Below are positions 26,980 to 36,518 of a DNA stretch of 64,000 nt, one piece after another (position 1 is the stretch's first letter; each line of letters starts with the position of its first letter). The notes below the pieces were generated by a model. The model was given only the letters and a program-made list of their open reading frames with translations, ran no database searches and was not told the origin of the DNA. Origin of the DNA: an uncultured Eubacteriales bacterium (lineage in GTDB: Bacteria; Bacillota; Clostridia; Oscillospirales; JAKOTC01); assembly GCA_964587625.1 (NCBI GenBank), contig CAZPLU010000003.1:23727-87726 (forward strand), written 5' to 3'. The position numbers were made by a program, and so were the translations under genes.

Positions 26980-27600
26980 TTATCCGGTTTTTGATTTAAT
27001 ATCCTCTACGATTTGGTTTAAAACCTGCTCCCGTTGCACACAAGTATCATATATCGTGAAGCCGTATTTTGTTAAGTGCTCGGACATCGAGCGGCTCAAC
27101 GATACAGCGTCTTGGGAAATCTCTCTCAGATCATCATCGCTAAATCCATAGGTCCAATCGTCTTTTGTATCGTACTTTTTAAAATCACTGACGAACTCCT
27201 CAACCGTTTTTTGGTTTTGCACCAAACCGATCAGCGTAAAATGATCTTTCAAGTTTTCTATCCCATATAACTTCAAGATGGGTATTATCAATTCAAAATT
27301 CAAATATCCCCCTTCCAACACAAACCGATTGCCTTTTACGGCGCCATGGCTGTACGGCAGCAGTCCGCGTCCGTCATTTGAAGAAAAAATTCCGAGGAAG
27401 TGTCCGAGGAACGGAGCGATGTTGTCGGTGGTCTTGTCCCGGTTCCAATTCAAGCGAATATCCAATTGCGGATATGCCCCTTGAAACGTGGCGACGAGCT
27501 TGTCGATCCCGATCACAAAGCAATTTAATTCTTCGTTTAATTTTCTTGCCAATGTCGATTTCCCGGCTCTCGAAGGGCCCGCAATGATAATATTTTTCAA
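26980..27600 (-). CDS. P-loop NTPase/kinase-like protein (AT-rich gene)
   Basis: MKNIIIAGPSRAGKSTLARKL Walker A. TTG start with GAGGTG RBS. Confidence 0.6.
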   Translation of the reverse strand: MKNIIIAGPSRAGKSTLARKLNEELNCFVIGIDKLVATFQGAYPQLDIRLNWNRDKTTDNIAPFLGHFLGIFSSNDGRGLLPYSHGAVKGNRFVLEGGYLNFELIIPILKLYGIENLKDHFTLIGLVQNQKTVEEFVSDFKKYDTKDDWTYGFSDDDLREISQDAVSLSRSMSEHLTKYGFTIYDTCVQREQVLNQIVEDIKSKTG

Positions 27601-27804
27601 AATAACACCTCGCCCGAAGAGTGAAGTTGCCGACTGCGGTCGTCAGCCGATGTGGTCGGCGCAAGGTTCGGCTTCGCCCAAGGGAAGCATTTGCCCTGAT
27701 TTGCAAACGTATAGTACCCCTTATCGCCGAGGCCGGAATCGCGTGTTGTAAAAAACAGACGTACGCACCGGGTATGGACGCGTTTGTGGGCGGCGACTCG
27801 CCGC

Positions 27805-27887
27805 TGGTGCGGGTAACAGGGCTTGAACCTGCACGGTCTCCCACCGGAACCTAAATCCGGCGCGTCTGCCAATTCCGCCATACCCGC
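27805..27887 (-). tRNA. tRNA-Leu (anticodon UAG), CCA encoded
   Basis: Minus strand reads GCGGGTATGGCGGAATTGGCAGACGCGCCGGATTTAGGTTCCGGTGGGAGACCGTGCAGGTTCAAGCCCTGTTACCCGCACCA. The acceptor stem GCGGGTA/TACCCGC pairs, the anticodon loop is TTTAGGT, there is a long variable arm, and the T-loop is TTCAAGC. Confidence 0.9.
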
Positions 27888-27973
27888 AACTGAAATATTT
27901 TAGCATAACTCTGTCAAATCCGCAACCGGAAAAAGCGGCGAAAAAACGGCTTTTTGCCTCACCAAAATCTCAC

Positions 27974-28002
27974 TTTACATTCGCGGGCTTGTTTGATATA
28001 AT
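27974..28002 (+). promoter_or_regulatory. Putative promoter of the lipoprotein gene
   Basis: TTTACA (27974-27979), 17 nt, TATAAT (27997-28002), with TG at -15/-14. Confidence 0.5.
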
Positions 28003-28055
28003 CTACTAAAAGAAAGCCCTTTCTCCGCAAAAGACGCAAAGGAGTTTAAAAAGTT

Positions 28056-29048
28056 ATGAAAAAAATTGTTTCCGTATTTTTGATGATATTCGTTGCGATC
28101 ACAGCCGCCGCCTGCAATCCGACCTCATTCGAAACGTCTTCGGTCACCTCTTCCCAAGCGCCTGAGGCGGTCGAAAGCACATTGAGCGAATTCGATGCCG
28201 CGCCATACGGAACCCATCCGAGCAATCTCGGTTCGGGCGGGGGCGCTGTCACCGATACGGATGCCATCTATTATCTGAGATATGAGCTTTATGAAGTGGG
28301 TGCCGTAGAGGAGTACCGGTTGTGGAAATATGATTTTGCCGCGAAAGAACACCGCCAGCTCGCCGAATTTCGAACGGATTATTTAAACATCTACGGCGGA
28401 CGGATCTACTATATTAATAATGCGGACAAATGCGTCTATTCCATGAACACCGACGGCAAAGACATCCGGCAACTGACACGGGAAGCCGTCAACAAGTTGC
28501 TGATCTATGAGGGAAAACTGTATTGTATGGCGGATGCCGAGTTGTATACGCTCACACCTGATGCGGCGGATAAATCCGTGCTTTACAGCGGAAAATGCAC
28601 GGGTATTTGGATTGACGGCGAAAAAATCTATATCATCTCAGACGGGAATCAAGTGGGAACATTGTCCGGCGGCGTCTTCACCCCGATCAACGGTGTACTC
28701 GCCTATTCAATCATCGTCAACAACGGATGGATCTATTTTTTGAACGCCGGCGATTCGTCGCGGGTTTATAAAGCCAGAACAGACGGCACGGATTTGTTCA
28801 AACTCTACAGCGGCATCAGCGAGAATCTGATGATTGCAAAAGGCATGCTCTATTTCGTGAGCATCGATGTGGAATATGCGCTGGTTCGCATTGACTCCAA
28901 CGGCGAAAACAAGGTGCTGTTAAGCAATGACCGCGCCAAAAACGTCAATATCATCGGCGAGAACATGCTTTATACCGACTTGCGCAGCTCGGATTTGCGC
29001 CTGTTGAAGATCGGCCGGAACACGGCAACCGACTTTTTATATATGTAA
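28056..29048 (+). CDS. Lipoprotein with repeated beta-propeller-like (DUF5050-type) units
   Basis: Lipobox FVAITAAAC. Repeats of the type IYYINNADKCVYSMNTDGKDIRQLT and IYFLNAGDSSRVYKARTDGTDLFKLY. Confidence 0.7.
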   Translation: MKKIVSVFLMIFVAITAAACNPTSFETSSVTSSQAPEAVESTLSEFDAAPYGTHPSNLGSGGGAVTDTDAIYYLRYELYEVGAVEEYRLWKYDFAAKEHRQLAEFRTDYLNIYGGRIYYINNADKCVYSMNTDGKDIRQLTREAVNKLLIYEGKLYCMADAELYTLTPDAADKSVLYSGKCTGIWIDGEKIYIISDGNQVGTLSGGVFTPINGVLAYSIIVNNGWIYFLNAGDSSRVYKARTDGTDLFKLYSGISENLMIAKGMLYFVSIDVEYALVRIDSNGENKVLLSNDRAKNVNIIGENMLYTDLRSSDLRLLKIGRNTATDFLYM

Positions 29049-29228
29049 TTGAACGGGCACCGGCATACAAAGAATATGAAGGCGGGCAATAAATACCGGA
29101 TCGCGACGCTGTCAAACGATTTGATCCGAGCAAGGAGCCGAAATAACAAAAATCTTTTGCTGACGCCGCGAATCCGGCTGCTGAGTTTTCCGGAGGGATA
29201 AAAAATAATAAAGATTTTAAAAAAACCG

Positions 29229-29257
29229 TTGACAATTGTATTTTACGCGAATATAAT
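29229..29257 (+). promoter_or_regulatory. Consensus sigma-A promoter of the ilv-leu operon
   Basis: TTGACA (29229-29234), 17 nt, TATAAT (29252-29257), preceded by an A-tract. Confidence 0.65.
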
Positions 29258-29291
29258 AGGAAAAACCCGAACGATTTTGTGAGGTTTTCAA

Positions 29292-29381
29292 ATGACAGCT
29301 CTGTTTTCGACAATCGCAGTCCTTGTAGGCATGATCGGTCTAATTATGATTAGACCGATTGAAATTGCAAACAAGAATTAA
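29292..29381 (+). CDS. Candidate ilv leader peptide 1 (29 aa, MTALFSTIAVLVGMIGLIMIRPIEIANKN)
   Basis: GAGG lies 7 nt upstream of the ATG. 11 of 29 residues are Ile/Leu/Val. It sits between the promoter and a terminator upstream of ilvB. Confidence 0.45.
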   Translation: MTALFSTIAVLVGMIGLIMIRPIEIANKN

Positions 29382-29416
29382 ACTGCAAACAGGTACTGCC
29401 CAAAAATCGTGTAAAA

Positions 29417-29456
29417 GGGCCCGCAGTGAGATTCACCGCGGGCCTTATATTTTTTC
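29417..29456 (+). terminator. Intrinsic terminator 1 in the ilv leader
   Basis: GGGCCCGCAGTGA-gat-TCACCGCGGGCC stem followed by TTATATTTTTT. Confidence 0.7.
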
Positions 29457-29475
29457 AGGAACGGGAGAAAAATCC

Positions 29476-29598
29476 ATGCCAACAATCCTCTTAAACGCCG
29501 CTATTATTAACATTGTGATCGCCGTAGTCATTGTACTAGGGCTGATTTGCATAAAATTGCGGGTTCACCGAAAAGAGGATACTGTCAAGGCGTTATAA
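29476..29598 (+). CDS. Candidate ilv leader peptide 2 or small membrane peptide (40 aa, MPTILLNAAIINIVIAVVIVLGLICIKLRVHRKEDTVKAL)
   Basis: GGGAGA lies 7 nt upstream of the ATG. 20 of 40 residues are Ile/Leu/Val. A second terminator follows. Confidence 0.4.
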   Translation: MPTILLNAAIINIVIAVVIVLGLICIKLRVHRKEDTVKAL

Positions 29599-29617
29599 AC
29601 AGCGACGCATAAAACGG

Positions 29618-29649
29618 GACCTTCGGTGAAACGCACCGGGGGTCTTTTT
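29618..29649 (+). terminator. Intrinsic terminator 2 in the ilv leader
   Basis: GACCTTCGGTG-aaacg-CACCGGGGGTC (11 pairs including two G-U) followed by TTTTT, 30 nt before ilvB. Confidence 0.65.
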
Positions 29650-29678
29650 CAATCAAACAGAACGGAGTGGAACAGATA

Positions 29679-31343
29679 ATGGAGATGAAAGGCGCGAGAA
29701 TCGTGATCGAGACCCTGATTGAGCAGGGCGTCGATACAGTATTCGGTTATCCGGGCGGTACGGTCGTCAATCTCTACGAGGAACTCTACCACTGCGGAGA
29801 CCGCATTCGTCATGTGCTCACAAGCCACGAACAGGGAGCGGCACACGCGGCGGACGGTTATGCGCGCGTGACCGGAAAAGTCGGGGTCGTGCTCGCGACC
29901 TCGGGGCCGGGCGCGACCAATCTCGTCACCGGCATCGCGAACGCCTATCTCGACTCGTCGCCGATCGTCGCCATCACGGGCAAGGTCGCGCTGGCGATGA
30001 TCGGACAGGACAGCTTTCAGGACGTGGACATCGCCGGAATGACCATGCCGATCACCAAGCATAATTTCCTTGTCGAGCGCGTCGAAGACCTTGCCGACAC
30101 CATTCGCGAGGCGTTTATCATCGCCAAATCGGGCCGTCCGGGACCGGTGCTCGTGGATGTCCCGAAGGACATTCAGCTTGCCAAATACGAGTTTGAACCC
30201 GAGAGTCCCGTTTCGGCGGCGCAAAACAAGCCGCCCGGCGAAAAAGAGCTCGCGCAGGCGGCGGCGCTGATCGAGGCCGCGAAGCGTCCCTGCATCTATA
30301 TGGGCGGCGGCGTGGTGATTTCGGACGCTTCCAAGGAACTGCTGGATTTTGCCGAGCGCATCGACGCGCCGATCGCCTCCAGCATGATGGGGCTCTCGGC
30401 GTTCCCGCGAAGCCATCCGCGCTTTTTGGGCATGATCGGCATGCACGGCAATTATGCGGCCACAAAAGCCGTCGCCGAGGCGGATCTGATCGTCGCCGTC
30501 GGCACGCGGTTCAGCGACCGCACGACGGGCAGCAAGGACAAATTCGCCCAAAAGGCCAAAATCCTGCACTTCGACATCGACCCCGCCGAGATCGGCAAAA
30601 ACGTCCGAATCACTTCGAGCGTGACCGGCGATATCAAAGAGATTTGTACGGCTCTGCTCACGCGGCTCGCGCCGTCCGAGCATCCCGACTGGCGCAAATC
30701 GGTGCAAAAATTCAAAGATGACGAAAAACGACTATACAAATTTCCGATAAACCGCCTGCACCCTTACGCGGTGATTGCGAAGATACAGGCGCTGGCCGAC
30801 GGCGACACGGCGATCGTGACCGACGTCGGGCAGCACCAGATGTGGACGGCGCAGCGGTACGAATTCGAAAAACCCCGCAACTTCGTCACCTCGGGCGGGC
30901 TGGGCGCGATGGGCTTCGGAATGGGCGCATCCATCGGCGCCTGCCTCGGAAAACACAGGAAAAAGACGGTTTTAATCACCGGCGACGGCAGTTTTCACAT
31001 GAACCTGAACGAACTGGCCACCGCCGTCACGCACAACCTCCCGATTGTGATCGTGGTCATGAACAACGGCGTCTTGGGCATGGTCAGGCAGTGGCAGACG
31101 CTTTTCTACGACGGCCATTATTCCCAAACCACGCTCGAACGCAAGACCGATTATGTAAAACTGGCGGAGGCATTCGGCGCAAAGGGGCTGCGGATCGCCT
31201 GTCTCGAAGAAATGGACGCGGCGCTCGAAGCGGCATTCGATTGCGAGGGCCCTGTCGTGGTGGATTGCGTGATCGACACCGACGAGATGGTCTTGCCGAT
31301 GATACCGCCCGGCGGCTCGGTCGACAACATCATTCTAAAATGA
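29679..31343 (+). CDS. ilvB: Acetolactate synthase large subunit
   Basis: MEMKGARIVIETLIEQGVDTVFGYPGG..., a ThDP motif ...GDGSFHMNLNELATA.... GGAG RBS precedes ATG 29679. Confidence 0.92.
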   Translation: MEMKGARIVIETLIEQGVDTVFGYPGGTVVNLYEELYHCGDRIRHVLTSHEQGAAHAADGYARVTGKVGVVLATSGPGATNLVTGIANAYLDSSPIVAITGKVALAMIGQDSFQDVDIAGMTMPITKHNFLVERVEDLADTIREAFIIAKSGRPGPVLVDVPKDIQLAKYEFEPESPVSAAQNKPPGEKELAQAAALIEAAKRPCIYMGGGVVISDASKELLDFAERIDAPIASSMMGLSAFPRSHPRFLGMIGMHGNYAATKAVAEADLIVAVGTRFSDRTTGSKDKFAQKAKILHFDIDPAEIGKNVRITSSVTGDIKEICTALLTRLAPSEHPDWRKSVQKFKDDEKRLYKFPINRLHPYAVIAKIQALADGDTAIVTDVGQHQMWTAQRYEFEKPRNFVTSGGLGAMGFGMGASIGACLGKHRKKTVLITGDGSFHMNLNELATAVTHNLPIVIVVMNNGVLGMVRQWQTLFYDGHYSQTTLERKTDYVKLAEAFGAKGLRIACLEEMDAALEAAFDCEGPVVVDCVIDTDEMVLPMIPPGGSVDNIILK

Positions 31344-31359
31344 TTGGGGGACGCAAAAT

Positions 31360-31860
31360 ATGAAAACGGAAAAATTCGTGATCGCTGTATTGGTCGCAAA
31401 CCATTTCGGCGTGCTGACCCGCGTTTCTGGTTTATTCGCGCGGCGCGGCTTCAACATCGACTCGCTGACCGTCGGCGAGACCGAGGACCCCGCCGTCTCC
31501 CGTATGACCATCGCCGTCACGGGCGACGATTATGTCCGGGAGCAAATGGTCAAGCAGCTCGAAAAGCTGCACGACGTCAAAAAGATCGCGGTGATGGAGC
31601 CGGACGGGACGGTCACCCGCGAGCTGGTTTTGCTAAAAGTCAAATCGGACGACGCCAACAGAGCGGCTGTCATCGAGGCGGCCAATGTCTACCGCGCAAA
31701 GGTCGTCGACCTCTCGCCCGAATCCATCAGCATCGAGATCACGGGCGAGCAGACCAAGCTGGACGGCTTTATCAAATACATGCGGCAATACGGCGTTTTG
31801 GAGCTCTGCCGCACCGGCGTCACGGCCATCGGACGGGGCGAATCCACAATGAAAATATAA
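31360..31860 (+). CDS. ilvN: Acetolactate synthase small (regulatory) subunit
   Basis: FVIAVLVANHFGVLTRVSGLFARRGFNIDSLTVGETEDP (ACT domain). Confidence 0.92.
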   Translation: MKTEKFVIAVLVANHFGVLTRVSGLFARRGFNIDSLTVGETEDPAVSRMTIAVTGDDYVREQMVKQLEKLHDVKKIAVMEPDGTVTRELVLLKVKSDDANRAAVIEAANVYRAKVVDLSPESISIEITGEQTKLDGFIKYMRQYGVLELCRTGVTAIGRGESTMKI

Positions 31861-31865
31861 TATAA

Positions 31866-32873
<1,008 letters not shown>

Positions 32874-32924
32874 AATTTATGTTTATCCCCTAACACCCCA
32901 AAAATGTAGATGCCAAAAACTGCA

Positions 32925-33032
32925 GGGAACGGTCTTGACCGTTCCGACTCCGATACTTCATTACATGAAAAGAATATGCATTCATTTGTTTGACACTGTT
33001 GGGAACGGTCTTGACCGTTCCGATTCCGGTAC
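32925..33032 (+). repeat. Two copies of a 32-nt hairpin-containing repeat in the ilvC-ilvD spacer
   Basis: GGGAACGGTCTTGACCGTTCCGACTCCGATAC (32925-32956) and GGGAACGGTCTTGACCGTTCCGATTCCGGTAC (33001-33032) share 30 of 32 nt. Each contains GGAACGG-tcttga-CCGTTCC. Confidence 0.85.
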
Positions 33033-33100
33033 CTCGTTTTTGCCATGAAGTTCATCCCTGACAGGTTCAACAAAAATAAAACCTTTTATGAAAGGAAGCC

Positions 33101-34747
33101 ATGATGAGAAGCGATCATATCAAAAAGGGCATCGAGCGCGCGCCGCACCGCAGCTTGCTCAAGGCGATGGGTTATACCGACGGCCAGATTGAAAAGCCGC
33201 TGATCGGCGTCGTTAATTCGTTCAACGAAGTCGTCCCGGGACATATCCACCTCAATCAAATCGCCCGCGCGGTCAAGGACGGCGTCCTTGCGGCGGGCGG
33301 CACGCCGATGGAATTCAACGTGATCGGTGTCTGCGACGGCCTCGCGATGGGTCATACGGGCATGAAATACTCGCTTGCCTCGCGCGAGCTGATCGCGGAC
33401 AGCGTCGAGTGCATGGCGACGGCGCACGGGTTCGACGGCCTTGTCTTCATCCCGAACTGCGACAAAATCGTCCCCGGTATGCTGATGGCGGCGGCGCGGC
33501 TCGATTTACCCTCGATATTTATTTCGGGCGGCCCGATGCTCTCATCGGACGGCAAGGATTTGAACAGCGTGTTCGAGGCGGTCGGCGCGTACAAAGCGGG
33601 GCTGATCGACAGCGAAAAACTGCATTGTCTCGAAGAGAGCGCTTGTCCCGGCTGCGGCTCGTGTTCGGGCATGTTCACGGCCAACTCGATGAACTGCCTC
33701 ACCGAGGCGCTCGGGATGGGTTTGCCCGGCAACGGCACCATTCCGGCGGTCCACGCGGCGCGCGTCCGGCTGGCGAAAACGGCGGGCGCGCAGATCATGG
33801 AACTGGTCTCGAAAGACCTCACGGCGCGCCGGATCATGACCGGAAAGGCGTTTCAAAACGCGCTGACCGTCGATATGGCGCTCGGCTGCTCGACCAATTC
33901 GGTGCTGCACCTGACCGCCATCGCGCGCGAGGCAGGCGTGAAAATCGACCTGCGTGAGATCAACGCCATCAGTGAAAAGACGCCGAACCTGTGCCGCCTC
34001 GCGCCCGCGGGTCCGCACCATATGCAGGATCTGGACGCGGCGGGCGGCGTTCAGGCGGTCATGGCGGAACTGGCTTCCGCTGGATTGATCGACACCGCAT
34101 TGATCACCGTGACCGGCCAACCCGTAGGAGAAAATATCGCCGGAAAACACGCGGACGGAACCGTGATTAAAAACATCAAAGAGCCGTATTCGCAGAGCGG
34201 CGGGCTTGCGGTGCTGTTCGGCTCGCTCGCGCCTTCCGGCGGGGTCGTCAAGCGCAGCGCGGTCGCGCCCGAAATGCTGGTGCACAAAGGCCCCGCGCGG
34301 GTATTCGACGGCGAGGACGAGGCGATCGCGGCGATCTACGGCGGGAAAATAAAACCGGGCGACGTGGTGGTCATCCGGTACGAGGGGCCCTCGGGCGGCC
34401 CCGGCATGCGCGAAATGCTCTCGCCGACCTCGGCCATCGTCGGCATGGGGCTCGACAAATCGGTCGCGCTGATCACCGACGGGCGCTTCTCGGGCGCGAC
34501 GCGCGGGGCGGCTATCGGCCACGTCTCCCCGGAGGCGGCGGCGGGCGGTCCCATTGCCTATGTGCGCGAAAATGATATTATCAATATCGACATTTCGCGT
34601 CATATCCTGTCGCTCGAGGTTTCGGAATCCGAACTGGAAACGCGCAAAAAGATTATGAAGCTAAAAGAACCCTCCGAACTGACCGGCTATCTCAAACGAT
34701 ATGCGCGTACGGTGGCCTCGGCGGACAAGGGCGCGGTGGTCGAATGA
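33101..34747 (+). CDS. ilvD: Dihydroxy-acid dehydratase
   Basis: [27 protein letters not shown]...[12 protein letters not shown]... Confidence 0.95.
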   Translation: MMRSDHIKKGIERAPHRSLLKAMGYTDGQIEKPLIGVVNSFNEVVPGHIHLNQIARAVKDGVLAAGGTPMEFNVIGVCDGLAMGHTGMKYSLASRELIADSVECMATAHGFDGLVFIPNCDKIVPGMLMAAARLDLPSIFISGGPMLSSDGKDLNSVFEAVGAYKAGLIDSEKLHCLEESACPGCGSCSGMFTANSMNCLTEALGMGLPGNGTIPAVHAARVRLAKTAGAQIMELVSKDLTARRIMTGKAFQNALTVDMALGCSTNSVLHLTAIAREAGVKIDLREINAISEKTPNLCRLAPAGPHHMQDLDAAGGVQAVMAELASAGLIDTALITVTGQPVGENIAGKHADGTVIKNIKEPYSQSGGLAVLFGSLAPSGGVVKRSAVAPEMLVHKGPARVFDGEDEAIAAIYGGKIKPGDVVVIRYEGPSGGPGMREMLSPTSAIVGMGLDKSVALITDGRFSGATRGAAIGHVSPEAAAGGPIAYVRENDIINIDISRHILSLEVSESELETRKKIMKLKEPSELTGYLKRYARTVASADKGAVVE

Positions 34748-34837
34748 GCGAAACGGAATCACAGGAAATCCGGATCCATCTTTGCGGGGGAGTCAGCGCG
34801 GAGCAGAGCTCCGCGAACGATGAAAAAATATGGAACC

Positions 34838-34938
34838 CCGTCTTTGCGAGGAGGCACGACGAAGCAATCCAGAATTCCAAGCGTCCAGATTGCCACCCGG
34901 TCTGGATTGCCGCGGGGCTAAAGCCCCTCGCAATGACA
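34838..34938 (+). repeat. Structured intergenic repeat element, copy A (ilvD-leuA spacer)
   Basis: Nested inverted repeats: TTGCGAG (34844-34850) with CTCGCAA (34927-34933), and GCAATCC (34864-34870) with GGATTGC (34904-34910). It is homologous to 40018-40153. Confidence 0.75.
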
Positions 34939-35009
34939 GCTGGAATAGATCAATTTTTGGATTTAAAATTGTTCCACACCAAATATAAAGGAAAAGGAGG
35001 GTCACAGTC

Positions 35010-36518
35010 ATGAGAAAAATCACGATTTTCGACACCACGCTGCGCGACGGCGAACAGTCGCCGGGCTGCAGCATGAATCTCGAAGAAAAATTGGAGGTGG
35101 CCCGCCAGCTAGAGCGCCTCAGGGTCGACGTCATCGAGGCGGGCTTCGCGATCTCCTCGCCCGGCGATTTTGAGTCGGTCAAGCGCGTCGCCGAAACGGT
35201 CAGGGACTGTCAGGTCGCCTCGCTCTCGCGGGCGCTTGTCAAAGACATCGACGCAGCGTGGAGCGCGGTCAGGGGCGCGGCCTCGCCGCTGATCCACACG
35301 TTCCTCTCCACCTCGCCGGTACACATGCAATATAAATTACGCATGACGCCGGAGCAGGTGCTCGAACAAACCGTCGCGATGGTCAAATATGCCAAAAAGT
35401 ATTGCAATGACGTCGAATTTTCGGCGGAGGACGCGATGCGCAGCGAACCGGCCTTTTTGGCAAAAGTGGTCTCCGCAGCCGCCGCCGCGGGCGCGACAAT
35501 CATCAACATCCCCGACACGGTCGGTTTCACGACCCCCGAGGAGATGGCCGCGATGCTCCGCTATCTGTTTGAAAACGCGGTAGGCATCGAAAAAGTCCGC
35601 TTTTCGACCCACTGCCACAACGATCTCGGCATGGCGGTCGCCAATTCGCTGGCCGCGGTCGGCGCGGGCGCTTCCCAGATCGAGTGCACGATCAACGGAC
35701 TCGGCGAACGCGCGGGCAACACGGCGCTCGAGGAGGTCGTGATGGCGCTGCGCACCCGGGGAAAGGCCATGGACTGCGAATGCGGCGTCGACACGACCCA
35801 GATTTACCGCACCAGCCGCCTGATTTATAACATCATCGGCCAGACCGCTCCGATCAACAAGGCCATCGTCGGCGCGAACGCCTTTGCGCACGAGTCGGGC
35901 ATCCATCAGCACGGCGTTTTGGCGGAGCGGACGACCTATGAGATCATGACGCCGGAATCCATCGGCCTGCCCAAAAACCGGATGGTGCTCGGCAAGCACT
36001 CGGGCAAGCACGCGCTGGAAAACCGTCTGTCCGAACTCGGATATGTTTTTAGTAAACAGGAATTGGAGGGTTATTTTCAGACCTTCAAAGAACTCTGCGA
36101 CAAGAAAAAGGAGATCACCGACCTCGACCTCGAGGCGATCGTGACCAGCGGTTTATCCCAGCAGGCGGGCGCTTATCAGTTGGAACGCTACGACGTCCAC
36201 TCTTGCAACTACGCCACCGCGAACTGCGTCGTGCGGCTGCTCTTTAACGGCGAGAGCATCGAAGAAGTCGCGCTCGGAAACGGCCCGATCGACGCGGCCT
36301 ACAACGCCATCAATAAAATCGTGAAGAGGGACGATTATTCGCTGGTCAATTATGAGATCCACTCGGTGACCGACGGGCGTGACGCGCTGGGCGAAGTTGT
36401 GGTAAAATTGAAATACGGCGACCGGACCGTGACGGGCAGGGGACTTTCGACCGACATCCTCGAGTCGAGTTTGCTCGCCTATGTCAACGGGGTCAATAAA
36501 ATCTTGGATTTGGGGTGA
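35010..36518 (+). CDS. leuA: 2-isopropylmalate synthase
   Basis: MRKITIFDTTLRDGEQSPGCSMNLEEKLEVARQLERL...HCHNDLGMAVANSLAA...; a C-terminal LeuA regulatory domain is present. AGGAGG RBS. Confidence 0.9.
   Translation: MRKITIFDTTLRDGEQSPGCSMNLEEKLEVARQLERLRVDVIEAGFAISSPGDFESVKRVAETVRDCQVASLSRALVKDIDAAWSAVRGAASPLIHTFLSTSPVHMQYKLRMTPEQVLEQTVAMVKYAKKYCNDVEFSAEDAMRSEPAFLAKVVSAAAAAGATIINIPDTVGFTTPEEMAAMLRYLFENAVGIEKVRFSTHCHNDLGMAVANSLAAVGAGASQIECTINGLGERAGNTALEEVVMALRTRGKAMDCECGVDTTQIYRTSRLIYNIIGQTAPINKAIVGANAFAHESGIHQHGVLAERTTYEIMTPESIGLPKNRMVLGKHSGKHALENRLSELGYVFSKQELEGYFQTFKELCDKKKEITDLDLEAIVTSGLSQQAGAYQLERYDVHSCNYATANCVVRLLFNGESIEEVALGNGPIDAAYNAINKIVKRDDYSLVNYEIHSVTDGRDALGEVVVKLKYGDRTVTGRGLSTDILESSLLAYVNGVNKILDLG

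Noticed and set aside
27601-27804. Integrated element with att repeats at tRNA-Leu.
   Set aside because: There is no direct repeat of the tRNA 3' end (TGGTGCGGGTAACAGGGCTTGAACC) between 26928 and 27800, and no integrase. Only the composition of one gene hints at a remnant, which is reported as a low-interest finding.
29196-29290. CodY box (AATTTTCWGAAAATT) at the ilv-leu promoter.
   Set aside because: The AT-rich stretch AAGATTTTAAAAAAA has too many mismatches to the consensus to call by eye.
29258-29678. T-box riboswitch as the ilv-leu leader (the Bacillus paradigm). I also checked 34748-35009 and 39970-40184.
   Set aside because: I could not find the conserved T-box sequence (…GGGTGGTACCGCG…), or a specifier-loop/AGAGA arrangement, in any of these regions.
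34744-35013. 89-aa ORF filling the ilvD-leuA gap (…VFARRHDEAIQNSKRPDCHPVWIAAGLKPLAMT…).
   Set aside because: There is no RBS. The sequence is the translation of the structured repeat element; the FARRHDEAI and WIAA...LAMT words are what such repeats encode by chance.
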